The translations under genes were made by a program, and so were the position numbers. Source: Camelus ferus (lineage: Eukaryota). Taken from it: 64,000 bases of DNA. The DNA is taken from positions 117,864,001-117,928,000 of the forward strand of contig NC_045697.1 in the NCBI RefSeq assembly GCF_009834535.1, read 5' to 3'. Every line of letters begins with the position of its first letter. Positions within the stretch are counted from its first letter, which is position 1. Of the stretch, positions 25,751-37,801 are shown one piece after another. Below the pieces are notes generated by a model. It searched no databases. It was given only the letters and a program-made list of their open reading frames with translations, and had not been told where the DNA came from.

Positions 25751-26764
25751 TTAAGCTAGCTTTTTTATTATTATAATTAATTGAGTGAATATTTGCCATT
25801 TTCAGTTTTTTTACAATTGCTTATATAAAGTTGAAATGATATGTTCCTATAAAATCAAATAGAACTCCTCTGTAAACCCCATGCCACTGCTTTTTTATTG
25901 ATAACCGTTTGACAGTCTTTTCAGTTTCTTCCACTTATTAGTCTATTCACTTTTTCTACTTTTTTAGTCAACCTTTATCATTTATGTTTTCCTAGTAAGT
26001 CATCTATTTCTGTTAGCTTTTCAGATTTAATTGGCATAAAGTTACTGAAAACATACTTACAGATGTTGATACATTTTTACCTGTGATTATATCCTCATTC
26101 CCAATGTATCTAAATTCTAGGTTCCCTCCCCCTACCTACCCCTCTCCCCCCCTTCCCCCTTCCTCTTCTCTGAGAACCAGCTTTTGGTTTTATTTCTGAA
26201 TTCTAATTTTATATTTGATTATATCTTTTATAGCTTTTGTCTTCACTTGTTTTCACCTTATACTCGTGTTTTGTTTTAAAATTTTTTCTAGCTTTGTAGA
26301 TGGAATTCATGGCTTATATATTTGCAGTATTTTTATTTAGTAATAAGATCATTTAAAGCTACTCCTTCCTACCAGGGACAGCTCCACCACACACACGTAC
26401 ACCTTCCCATTTCTTGCAGGTAGAACTCTCGTATTTTCCTGAGAACTATTCGATCGTATGCTGTCTTTTTCTGTCTCCCTTGCTGATTGGTTTGACTTGC
26501 ACATTTCCTATGTAGGTTTCAAATTCTCCATAAAGGATTTAGTGTGCCCCAAATTACATAGTGCTGAGTCAATTAAAATAAATATCTGTAAAACTTATAT
26601 GTCCAAATTATCCAGTTGACTGATCAACTTAATCTGAATGACCCTTAGTGTTTCTCCAGCCACTGAACAAGTTTTGGCCAATCTGAACAAAGACACACAA
26701 ATTCTACACAATTAGGCCTCAAAACAGAGCAAGTATAAGTATATAGAAGTATTTTAAATACCAC

Positions 26765-26962
26765 AGGCAGTGTGGCTTCGCTCTTGAGAGCATGGGCTCT
26801 GGAGGTCAGCCCGCAGAACTGGAGCCCTGACTTCACACTTGGTTGCTGTGTGACCTTGGCTGGGCACGTAGCTTCTCTGTATTTTATAATCTGGAAAATG
26901 GGCACAATAATACTGTCGACATTTCATGATTTTTGTGAGGATTGAACAAATTAATGTATAAA
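26765..26962 (+). mobile_element. MIR
   Basis: gagcatgggctctggagg...gctgtgtgaccttgg...atctggaaaatggg...tgtgaggattgaac. Confidence 0.7.
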
Positions 26963-29568
26963 CTGCAATGAATATGTGTAATTATTATTTTTAAACTTAT
27001 TTTTGAATATGAGGCAAAGCATGGGTAACCATTTTGGTGTCCAGACAGGGATGTAAACGTCTTCCTCCGCATCTGAGTCGCATTCTGATGACTGAAGTGT
27101 AAAGCAGCCAGCACGGTCAGGTGGTTGTCCTCTCACTCATGTCATTACCGTCCCAGCAAGCCCGGGCTCCAGGGGACACTAGGAGGGCGAGGAGTCTCCT
27201 CGGCCCCACGTGTATCTGTTGGCAGAGTTTCACAGGACCATCAGCGTCCACAAGTCACGCGGTGGATTTCATCGACAGGGTTTTAGTTAGTAGGAACCAG
27301 AAACCACCTGCTTGGCTGGGCTGGTTTACTCCTGTTGAAGGACAGGCTGGGTGTGGGACAATTATGTTTACCAGTGAATTTCTTTCTTTGGTTCCTCTTA
27401 TCTTCACAGTTTTTAAATTCCCACGGGAGAAGGAAGATTTAGTCTACAATCCCAGACTTGTTTGTTAAACATAAAAGAACATAAATCCTCCGCGGGCCCC
27501 AGGGCTATGCTGGAGACTGGGAGTGAGCACAAAGCACTCAGTGTTGTGTGCTCTGTATCAGGTTCGCCCTGAGAAAGTGACGTTTGATTGGCTCGTAAAA
27601 GAGGTTTAGTAAATCCCTGAAGTAACTGATGTGGGCACCTGCGCACCTTGGAACTTGATACCCCAGGGGCCTCACAGGGATTGCTGTGTCTCCAGAAAGT
27701 CACCTGGGCGTGTGCAGAGTCCTGACTCTGCAGATGACTCTGATTCGTAATTTCACTTTTACGGGTCAAGTGTCATTTGGTGTCCTCTCCTCCCGTTCCC
27801 TTGCCGGAGCCCAGACCATCCTTCATCACTGTCCTCCCTCGTCGTCTTCTTGATGTTCTGAGCCAAGTCCTGGTCGATCAACCAGCCAGCGTATTCGAAA
27901 ATTCAAATTATTGGAGAAGATGAGTGGATTCAATACATGAGTCTTTTTCCAACTAAGGCAAGTTGGAAGAAAACAGGGAATCCAGTGGCAATATTTTTGT
28001 TTGGTTTTGTTTTCTATTTTGGAGATTTGATAGCGACCATGAGGCATGGAACCCTTTCCAGGTACATCTTCACTGGTTCTATCTTACACGACTTGACTGT
28101 GATTTAAGTAACAGAACACTGTTTTTTGTAATCATACCCTTTAGCAAGAGGATTTACTGTTTTGATTCATCAAATTAATGGTAAAATAATGGGATGAAAT
28201 TTAGAATTACAGTGTCATGTGACACCACGTCTGAAAAAAAAATCTTAAAACGCCTAATTTACAATGAAAGAATTAGTCACATAACTTTAAGTTCTGCTGT
28301 TTTAAAGGCAAAAAACAGGACTTTTTTAGACGTTCATTTCACTTAACTCCATGGAATGTGAAACTATGTAGATCTTTAAAACACTTTGATAAATGAATGC
28401 ACCAGGCTTGTGTGAGCATGTGAGAATTAATTACCAGCTATCTAACTGCAAATCCAGAAATTGTTATAAAGATTAGGGTACTTTTTTTTTTTAATGGCAT
28501 CAAATTCAGTGGAAAATCTTCATGACAAAAAAAAAGTAATAATGTATTTGTCTTTCCTTTGTTTGCAGGATAGTGATTTTTGCATCAGGATAAAAGTTAA
28601 ATAAGGCAAAGTATAAAACTTAGTTATTCCTTAATGCATTCTTAACATTTTTAATCCAGATATTCCTGAGTGTGCTTAAAAACTGCTTAACTTTTAAAGC
28701 GCGTACAGATCAGATTAACACATAATGGTGTTTCTTTTTCAACAGAGATGGAAGGGAAATTATAGATAGTAAAATAGTGACGTGAGTTGTTAGGAAAGAT
28801 TGTAAATAGTTATTTGGAAAATGGGCTGGAGAGAATTTTGGATGTTCCATGTTCGCCCAACCAGTTTATCGAAAGTGACTATTGTGAAGTCATGCCGAGT
28901 CCGGTGGGTCCTGCTTGGTTTCACTGCCTTTGACGGCTCCTTGGCGTGAACAGCTGCGGCTGCTTCCGCCTCCTGGACGCCCTCCTTCCCTCCCCTCTCA
29001 GTGCCGTGCCCTTCCTCGCAGCGGTTTCCCTCCTGTTTCTGGGTGTTTCTGTCACAAGGCCTTTTCTCTCCACCCACAGCAGAGATACTGCTGTTTCCGG
29101 GCACTCCTCAGACATGTTCTGATCCGAAGTCTCTGTTGCTCCCTCATCGAAACCGTCACACTGGGCCTCCTATGCACTCAGGTGCCTGTGTGGGCCAGGG
29201 ATGGAAATAAATGAAGATCTGGGCATTAAAAACAAACAAAACAAACAACCCCCCCCAAAAAAAAAAACCCACCAACATGGAAAGGAGACCAGGATTTTTA
29301 AAAACCAGGAAGAGGACATCCCATCGAAAGGCCTTTCCCCTTGGCCCAGCTGCAGTTTCCGTGAAGGAGTGGGGACCAGCCACCCTGATCTGGTGCAGCA
29401 AACCCTCCACGTGCCAGGGTGAGGCAGAGAATTAAACAAAGACACTGCCTCCCCTGGGGCTGATGCCCATCCCAGAGCCCCGAGCCCTCAGGGAGGCACA
29501 TTAGGCCTAATAACATTTAGCATTGCCGAGGATTCAAATTTGCTTTTAAAAAAAAGACTGAAATCCAA

Positions 29569-29712
29569 GGGATGAGGGTATAGCTCAATGGTAGAGAGCA
29601 CACCTAGCATGCCTGAGGTCCCAGGTTCCATCCTCAATACCTCCTGTAAAATCAAATAAATAAATAAACCTAACTACCACTACCCCCCAAGAAAGAAAAA
29701 AATTTTAAAGAC
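29569..29712 (+). mobile_element. Vic-1-like SINE
   Basis: gagggtatagctcaatggtagag...gaggtcccaggttccatcc. TSD aaagactgaa(a/t)t(c/t)caa at 29553-29568 and 29713-29728. Confidence 0.88.
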
Positions 29713-30923
29713 AAAGACTGAATTTCAATTTTTCCTGTGAAATGCGACCTTCACCAATGCTGACTTCAATGTTTTCAAGATGGGTAGATCCCATTAGAAC
29801 GGTGCTTACCTGTTTGGGACATCAGTCCACAAAACAGTATCACAGTGCCTGGCTCTGACATCCCCAGGCCTTCTCACCCGCACCTGTTTGTTTTTCCCTC
29901 CTGACCTCCATCCACCTCTTGGTTTCTCATCCTCTGTTCAGGATCACCCATGCCCGGCCCCTTGTTTCTTCTGTTGCATTGTAAGTATTGTCTTTCTGGC
30001 TGGAATGCATTTCCATTTCCCCTGCCCAACCCCGGTCAGGCAGTCCTCAGTGACAGCCCCCGTGTCCCTCCGTGAGCTGACCTGAGTCCCACCGTGTGGA
30101 ATCACCCTCACCCGCCAGCGTCCCACACGGTTCCCCGCATCCTCGCATGTGAGCTCTCCCTGCAGTGTTTTAGGAACCCTGAGCCCATAAAGCTGTGGTT
30201 TCACCCTGAGACATGTCACACAGCACTTAATGCCAAGGCAGTGCTTCCTGCGTCCTCATGGAACGACTGACCAGGTTGTCCTCCGGCTGGTCGTGGTGGT
30301 GGCCTGTATCCCACAGGTTACCTCCCAGCACAGAACAAGCAGGTACTTTGACGGAAGCTTTGTTCCACGTGGAAACCATCGTGATCTAAAAATCACCCTT
30401 TGATGTGAGATTCTAGCTGTAACTCTTGTACCAGGTGCGTCTGAAATAACCACTCAGTCTGCTTCGCCCCCTCCCCTCACCCCGCCCCCACCTCTGCTGG
30501 GTCCCCCCCCCACATCCAGCAGAGCGCCCAGAATGGTTATACCGGCTGGCGTGTGCTTTCGTCATTTGTGACCCGGACTTGTCACATGATGGAGCGGGAA
30601 CACTCTCTTCCTTTTGTACCTGAGTTTTCTTATTTATTCCTTTCAACTCCCAAGGTTATATTAAAAGGTAGGTGTGGCTGGGGGCAGGGGATGCAGGGCA
30701 GAGATGAGGGACAGACTTCACCGAGTGGCCACTGGGTACCAGTGCTGTCCCAGGTACCTTTCTTGAAACACCCCTGTACACTAGGTCGCATTAGCCTCAG
30801 TTTAAGAAAGAGGAAAATGAGGCTGAAACAGGCTGCACTGTATGCCATGAGAGTGCTCTGCTTAATTCTTTAGGAAAGAAGTTCATAAGTATAATTGGCT
30901 TGTTATACACTGTGTCCTTTTTC

Positions 30924-31084
30924 TTTTCTTTTTTTTTTAATGGAAGTACCGTCAGTTACAGTGTGTCAATTTCTGGTGTATAACACAATGTCCCAGTCAT
31001 GCACATACATACATATATTCTTTTTCATATTTTTTTCCAGTAAAGGTTATTATAAGCTATTGCACATAGTTCCCTGTGCTACCT
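30924..31084 (-). mobile_element. Short L1 3' end
   Basis: gtcagttacagtgtgtcaatttctggtgta...atagttccctgtgct. 11-bp TSD tgtcctttttc at 30913-30923 and 31085-31095. Confidence 0.82.
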
Positions 31085-31193
31085 TGTCCTTTTTCAACAG
31101 TTTTTTTTTTCTTCTGTAAATTCACAACTGCTCAATATGTATTACTTTTAGTTGTCCAGTATCTACTGAATTTAGACTTCTGAAGAAATTGAC

Positions 31194-31912
31194 CAGTGGT
31201 TTTCATCCGTGTCAGACCTCCCTTAAGAAAAGTTTTGCAATGTCCTCTGTAGTATTCTGAAATGCAGCTCATAACAGTGATCATCTATTTATATGTGCAG
31301 CTGTTTAAAAAGTAAATATAATGGTTTAAATGCTATGGAAAGCTGAAATAATAACAGTAATTGATAGCAAAATAATGTATTTAAGTACATAAATACACAT
31401 GCACAGTTACAAGTCAGATGTTTATGTCCCTTAAGTAGCAGACTCATTGTGAGTATGACAGCTGTAGAAATAGACTAATATGGAAATGTTTAATTGTTTT
31501 CATTTGATGCAAATAGTGTAAGCAGTGTTCCAGGCAGTCATGTGATTTTCCAAAATCATAACTCTTGGTGAGGTTCCAAAGTATAGAAACTTCCTTCGAT
31601 TTATTTGATAGTTGAATTTCTAGAAAGATTGGCTTAAACTAAACCCGCAAAACGTCTTTGTGTTTCTAGGTGAGACAGTATTAGGTTCCAGACTCCAGTA
31701 AAGAGCAGCCATGTCACCTACATGAATGTCCAGAGAGCTGTTGGAAAGGCCTGGAGGCCACGGGGCCAGACACCCGTTTTCGGGACTTGGCATTGTTGGA
31801 TGTCTGTTGGCCTGGCCCTTCCATCCCCAGCCACTGGGACAACCCAAAATGCCTTGACATGTGTCTGAAACATTGTCTTCAGGGGCAGCGCTGCTCTCCA
31901 TGAGTGCCACTG
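31194..31912. mobile_element. Non-autonomous hAT-Charlie DNA transposon (MER20/MER20B-like)
   Basis: Termini cagtggttttca ... tgagtgccactg resemble the CAGTGGTTCTCAA inverted repeats. The right end gggacaacccaaaatgccttgacat resembles MER20. No TSD is recognisable. Confidence 0.55.
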
Positions 31913-32328
31913 CTGGAAACTTTCAAACCCTAGTTAACACTTGCTAGCAAAATAGTGTCACTCAATCCTTGGGTTTAAGATACTGAGTATAGCACGGTGT
32001 AAAACAGAAGAATGTAGGAACTGGCTCGTTCCTTCCAGGGCTTGGCAGCCTAGCAACCAAGTTGGACCACCTGCAGAGATGTGGTTAATATTGAAGATGT
32101 GTGTTTATCAAAAAAAGAAAGATGGCAGCACCGGGCTGAGGGCACCCAGGAGGGTCTCACTCACAGGGTCTCTGCATAGGACAGAGGGAGACTTGGAGGC
32201 TGTGTCTGTAACAGGTGGCCCTAGACAGGCTTGGAACACAGATGAGGAAGGGGAAGCAGAGTCTGACCAGGTGCGGAAGGTACTGTCGGAGGTCATAGGC
32301 AGTGATAATGAGAATTAAGATTGGAGCA

Positions 32329-32602
32329 GGGGGAGGGCATAGCCCAGTGGTAAAGTGTGTGCTTAGCACGCACGAGGTCCTGGGTTCCTTCCCCAGTGCC
32401 TCTGTGAAAAAAATAATATAGACAAACAAACAAACCTAATTACCTCCCCCCACACACATACAAATAAAAGAGATGCTCAAGAATATGTTGTATAAGCAAA
32501 ATGGAAATATCAATAAAGAGATGGAACACATAAAAAGAAACCGAAAAGAAATGCTGGGGCTGAAAAGCACAATAACTGAAATGAAAAAAAAAAAAAAAAA
32601 GG
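32329..32602 (+). mobile_element. Vic-1-like SINE fused to an L1 ORF1-like fragment and poly(A), inside one TSD
   Basis: SINE 32329-~32467, then NINKEMEHIKRNRKEMLGLKSTITEMK-coding sequence, then A17 (32584-32600). TSD gattggagca at 32319-32328 and 32603-32612. Confidence 0.8.
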
Positions 32603-32823
32603 GATTGGAGCAAAACTCAAAATCCATATGGAAAATAGAAAGCTCGTGGTTCTTTGCTTGTAAATGCATTTTCAGTGTGTCTCTTCTTTGGAGTCTCTGA
32701 CTCTGAATTTGGGGTGAACTCCCAGCCGTGGTCCCTAGATGGATCCATGGCGCCATCCGTGGACGTGGAACATGAATCACTGAAATCGTGGCTTTATGTC
32801 TCTTTTGTCTTCGTCTCTTGCAG

Positions 32824-33004
32824 GTACGATTTTGTGGAAGTGGAGGAGCCAAGTGATGGGAGTGTATTAGGGCGCTGGTGCGGTTCTGGCAGTGTGCCTG
32901 GAAAACAGATTTCTAAAGGAAATCAAATCAGGATACGATTTGTATCTGACGAGTATTTCCCTTCGGAACCGGGGTTCTGCATCCACTACAGCATCGTGGT
33001 GCCG
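32824..33004 (+). CDS. PDGFC: PDGFC coding exon (equivalent to human exon 3), C-terminal half of the CUB domain
   Basis: Translates to YDFVEVEEPSDGSVLGRWCGSGSVPGKQISKGNQIRIRFVSDEYFPSEPGFCIHYSIVVP. Acceptor ttgcag|G, donor CCG|gtaaga, length 181 nt, in frame with the upstream exon. Confidence 0.97.
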
Positions 33005-36000
33005 GTAAGAGTCCCTCAGAGATCCTGTTGATCCCGATCGGTTGTTTGGTTACTCCTCCCGCCCATTAAACCAGAGAATTAGGAAAACCAAGAACCAAAA
33101 ACCTTTCCCTCACTTCATGTATTTTTTTACTAAATGTCGCTATTAGTTATCACAAATAACTTCAATTTTGTCATGGTGGATCATTAGTCTCTGGATTGCC
33201 CTCAACGTCCATGGTCTTATGGGATGTTTTACCTTTTTCCCCCGTTAAGGCGACGTCATTCCATTCTGTACCCACCAAAAGTTGGGTTTTCTTAGACGTG
33301 TTGTTTACAAATATGCATGTAACATGTTTCTTTTTATCTTTTTCTGGAGAAAGGTAAACTTACTCTTCATTTCAAATCACTGTTTTAGTAAAATACACTT
33401 TAAAAAGTAGTTATCTCAGTTTTCCTACTTATCTTAATATTTATCCTGTTTAAATAATAATTTATGGCCTTTGTGCCCCCAAAAGGCATCTTTTGAAATT
33501 TCTCACGGAAATTTAAGAAACCTTCTATTTTCTCTAATTATAATTGTTACTGTATTTTTGGTTGTGTTGCAATTGCTCGTACCCTGTATTTTCTATATCA
33601 TTTCAAACATTTGTGTCTATTTGTTGCACTACAACTAAAATACTGAAAACCTGTTTGCTGTTTTTTGTCACATTCTGCTGAAAATGGTCATTCAGAAGTA
33701 CTTCTATAAATATGCTGTCATCTACTATACTTTTAAAATATGATCAATATCGCTATTTGAAACGATATAACATGGACACCTTTAATGATTTTGACAAGTT
33801 TAGCAAATCAGCAGACATGCTGGCAGCAGTAGTGTGGGTTACATGCGTTAATACGTGTGTTCTAATTGGGCACGAAAACAATGCACACAGCAGGCTAGGG
33901 ATTCATGAGACAAACAAGCAGTATTTAACTCAACGCGTTATATTCTATTGTAATGTTATGCAGAAATCTCCCTTTTTGATTGCCCAAATTCAGTTCTGTG
34001 GAATGTTATTTAACAGCTGATTCAATTATGAAATTTAAGTATTATTTGAGATATAGCTGAAAAGAAGCCACAGAGTGTAAACTGAAGTTTGAAAATGATT
34101 ATTTATTTATTTAGTAACAGACTCATTTATGGGGGTACAACTGAAGTTAAAGGAGACATCTCTAAACTATATACAGTGAGTTTACATGGTGTATCTTGAC
34201 CAGTTTCCTTATGTAGATTGTTTACCATATCTGTATCTATTCCATTATAAAATATTTTTCCCAGGATAGATTCGCTACCATTTCCTTTGTTAATTTCCAG
34301 AATTTTTCTTAATTTAACGTTTTTTATTTAAATTTAATAAAATTTGGTAATTTCATCTAGAAATGTGTCAATAGTAGAAAAGAATGAACTTATTTAAAGA
34401 CACTTTGGTACTGTGATTATTTCTTTGAATAAAGCCACTAAGAATCTGTTTAACACACTTTCACGGTGCCCTGCTTCACAAAATTTATGAGTGTAATATT
34501 TTTTTAAGTCTAAAATGGCCTTGGGAGCCATGGCTACCCTTTCACAGAGTTATTCAGTCCCTACTTTCAGTTTGGGTTTTAGCACATCTAATGTTCTCAA
34601 ATATTTAAATATGAAACAGTTCAATTTTACCATAAAACATAATGGTAGCTCTCGTATCACAGCAAAGGTTTTATTTATCCCAAACCTGTGACAAAAATAA
34701 ACTTGGAACTGAGAAGATATTTGTATTTTAAATGAACTAGTGTCTTCATATTCTGTGAATAGCTATCTAGCACCATACCATGGAATAAGACATGAAAACT
34801 AAAAGGTGTCTATGCCGACACTAGGGGTTGTCTTTTTCTGTTTTTACCATGTCGTGAGTTAGCTGGTTGTGTGACCCAAAGAGTTGTGTGGATGAAATGA
34901 AGTATGTAAATACAAAAACGCAGCACACGTATAGCATGGCTCAGTTCTAGCCCCACTGTAGTTTCTTAGTAAGTAGTTGAATGCAGACCTGATCTTACAA
35001 CACAGTCACCCCAGCTTAACTAACAGCAGATTCCCCAATGCTCATGTGTCTACATGTAAGTGTGTATCATGTTTGTGAACCTGGAGATGAAAAAAGAACC
35101 GTAAGTCCATCCTCTAGACCGAGAAGGGCCCTGCCCCCGGAGATGCGCTGTGACCAAGGCTGGAAACTGCACCTGAGGGACTTTGTGGAAAAGGTATTCG
35201 TGGTCACATCATCAGAGTCGGAGTCAGTGCATTTTCAGATAGTTGTCGAAATAGCTTGCTACATTGTCCCTGTGGACCTTGGTGGCCAGAGACTCACACT
35301 CTCCTGGCCTCTGCTGAGTAGCTCTCCATGTCTCTATTGGTACCTAAGCATACCCAGGCCGGGCTGCAGGACCCAGGGACCCGTGGGGAAACAGCACAGG
35401 GGACCTTGTTCTAGTTTGTTTAACGCTTAGGAGACAGCAGCCCGGGCTGGAAGAAACCAGAGAACACGGCCGTGGGCTCCTGCCTTGCCTGATAAGTGTG
35501 ACCTGGTGATGTTAATCTTGCCGGATCGCTTTCCGGAGCAACTGTCGATCCATGACTTTTAGCTTTGAATCTTTCGGGTTTTGGTTTACTTTGATGGCGT
35601 ATCTGCTGTTCCCTGAGTTATCCTGTCTTGAGTCCACAGATCCACCTGTCCTCCCATTCAGGGCACACTCATTCTCCACTATCTCCCCAAGATGTGAGGA
35701 GCGAAAACTCGATGAGTGATTTTGCCTTTAAGCCTTGCAGAGTGTTTTAAACTCTGACTGTGTCTGGCTAAATGACACCCCTCCCTGCCTGCCTCGCCCC
35801 CCGACACTCGCCAGGAGGACAGCTTCCATCAGTCCTGTCCATCACTGAAAAAAGTTAAGGGAAGAAGGTCTGCCTTCTACAGAGTAGACTGTAAAGTTCT
35901 GTGGCATTTGCCCAGGGACATGTGCGCCTCCCAGCCCCTGGTTCATCTCTGATGCTTCCTTTTTCTCTTTGTTGCCAGAGATGAACCTGAGAATGAGCAC

Positions 36001-36527
36001 ACCCAGCCCTCCAGAGACAGCGGTCTCACTGATGGCAAACCCACTAGGGCAGAGTAGGACCCTAGGGGCCACTGGCCACATGGGGTCTTAAATTTGTAAT
36101 GATAACATGGTATTAACCACATGTCCCGAGTGGACTGTTAACCTCCCTGAGCTGCTCAGCAGTACCTCCCAGAAACTCCGCCGTTGCCCCAGGGCTGTCT
36201 GAGCCTGTGTGGAGCGGCGCTGACTTCTGATTTACCATGTGTCCCACAGCAGTAATGAGGCGCCAACCGGAAAACTGAAGAATCGCGGTAACGATGCCAG
36301 ATAGTCTCCTGGTCCTGGAATATGAGGCTGTATTGCCAAGGACACATTCTTATCCTCCTTAAAGAGCTGAACTGGTTTCTTTTTTTTTTTTCTTTTTTTT
36401 TCTTTCCTTTCCTTTTCTTCTTTTTTTCTTGACTGAGGGCTGGACCCTCTAAGGTAGTTAAAGAAATGAGTGCATACTTATGGCTTTGTAGGCATGCATG
36501 TGTATAATTGATGTGTACCTGCTTTTT

Positions 36528-36703
36528 TGTTTGTTTGTTTTGGGGTTTTTGTTTGTTTCTTTGTTTTGGTTTTTTGGGGGTAGGGAAGCAATACTATTAA
36601 TTAATTAATTAGTTAATTAATTAATGGAAGTACCAGGGATTGAACCCAGGACCTCATGCATGCTGAGCATCCACCTTACCACTAAACTCTACCCTCCACC
36701 CCT
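36528..36703 (-). mobile_element. Vic-1-like SINE
   Basis: gtaccagggattgaacccaggacctcatgcatgctgagc. 12-bp TSD tacctgcttttt at 36516-36527 and 36704-36715. Confidence 0.9.
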
Positions 36704-37372
36704 TACCTGCTTTTTATAATTAACTTAATAATTTGCATCTATTCACATGTAGAAAAAATGTTGAGTTTACTCACATTTTTTTTTCTGGGATAATGACAGA
36801 GAGCTTACTTTAATATTCTTTCTATTTAACAGATAAGGGGGACACCCCTGCAGCCTTCCTTGGGAGCACGGGTGAATATTCGATTCCAGTCAAGCCCTAA
36901 GGGTCCGTGGTTCCGATTACCATATATCTTAGAAGCAGAGCTTTAAGGCATTAAAGTTCTCAGAAACGGTCTTTGCCACACACGTCATTAAAAATTATGT
37001 TTGCCTTTGTAAGATGATTCACCTACCATTTCTCCCTCAGCTAGTGAATGAGACAGCATGTAGTTAAGGAGTTTCTTACTGTTTTGAACAAAGTGATGCT
37101 GATCTAATATATTTCATATTTTTTATACATAGATACACTTTCCTTAGTAATGATATGTTTCCTGTATCCTTGTCTTGATTCCCAGGTACCTTAGAATAAG
37201 GATAAGGCATAAATAAAATTTATCTTTCCATTTGGCTACTTTAAGTTGGCATTCCAAGCTAAGTTTTACTTTAGAAAAACTTCAGCATAAGATGTTCACC
37301 TGAAATTATAGCTAGTTGTTTGCAGCTTTAGGAAAATAGTTCTAGATGTACTATACAAACTTAAAATTTTAG

Positions 37373-37801
37373 GACTTAGAGATGATCATATTAAGTGAAG
37401 TAAGTCGGACAGAGAAAGACAGATATCATATGATATCACTTCTATGTGGAATCCAAAAAAAATGATAAATTCTACTTAAAACCAAAACCAGACTCACAGA
37501 CATAGAAAACAAACTATGATTACCAAAAGGGGAAAGGGGAGGTGGGATAAATTAGGAGTTTGGGATTAGCGGATACACACTATTATATATAGAATGGATA
37601 AACAACGAGGCCCTACTGTATAGGATGGGGAACTATATTCAGTGCCTTGTAATAACCTATAATGGAAAAGAATCTGCAAAGAAAATATATATATGTACAT
37701 GTATGCATAACTGAATCGCTTTGCTGTACACCTGAAACTAGCATTGTCAATCAACTACACTTCAATAAAAAATAAAATTAGAAAACAAAACAAAACAGAA
37801 T
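37373..37801 (+). mobile_element. 5'-truncated L1 (end of ORF2 plus 3' UTR)
   Basis: gacttagagatgatcatattaagtgaagtaagtc...caactacacttcaataaaaaa. 12-bp TSD ttaaaattttag at 37361-37372 and 37802-37813. Confidence 0.88.

Larger units (their letters stand above)
397..32823 (+). other. PDGFC: PDGFC intron (phase 2, GT-AG, 32,427 nt)
   Basis: Starts gtaagt and ends in a pyrimidine tract tcttttgtcttcgtctcttgcag. The split Lys codon AA|G joins DDICK to YDFVEV in frame. Confidence 0.93.

Noticed and set aside
32654..32823. Upstream part of ORF 32654-33031 as coding sequence
   Set aside because: It lies before the strong acceptor at 32823 and has no PDGF-C similarity.
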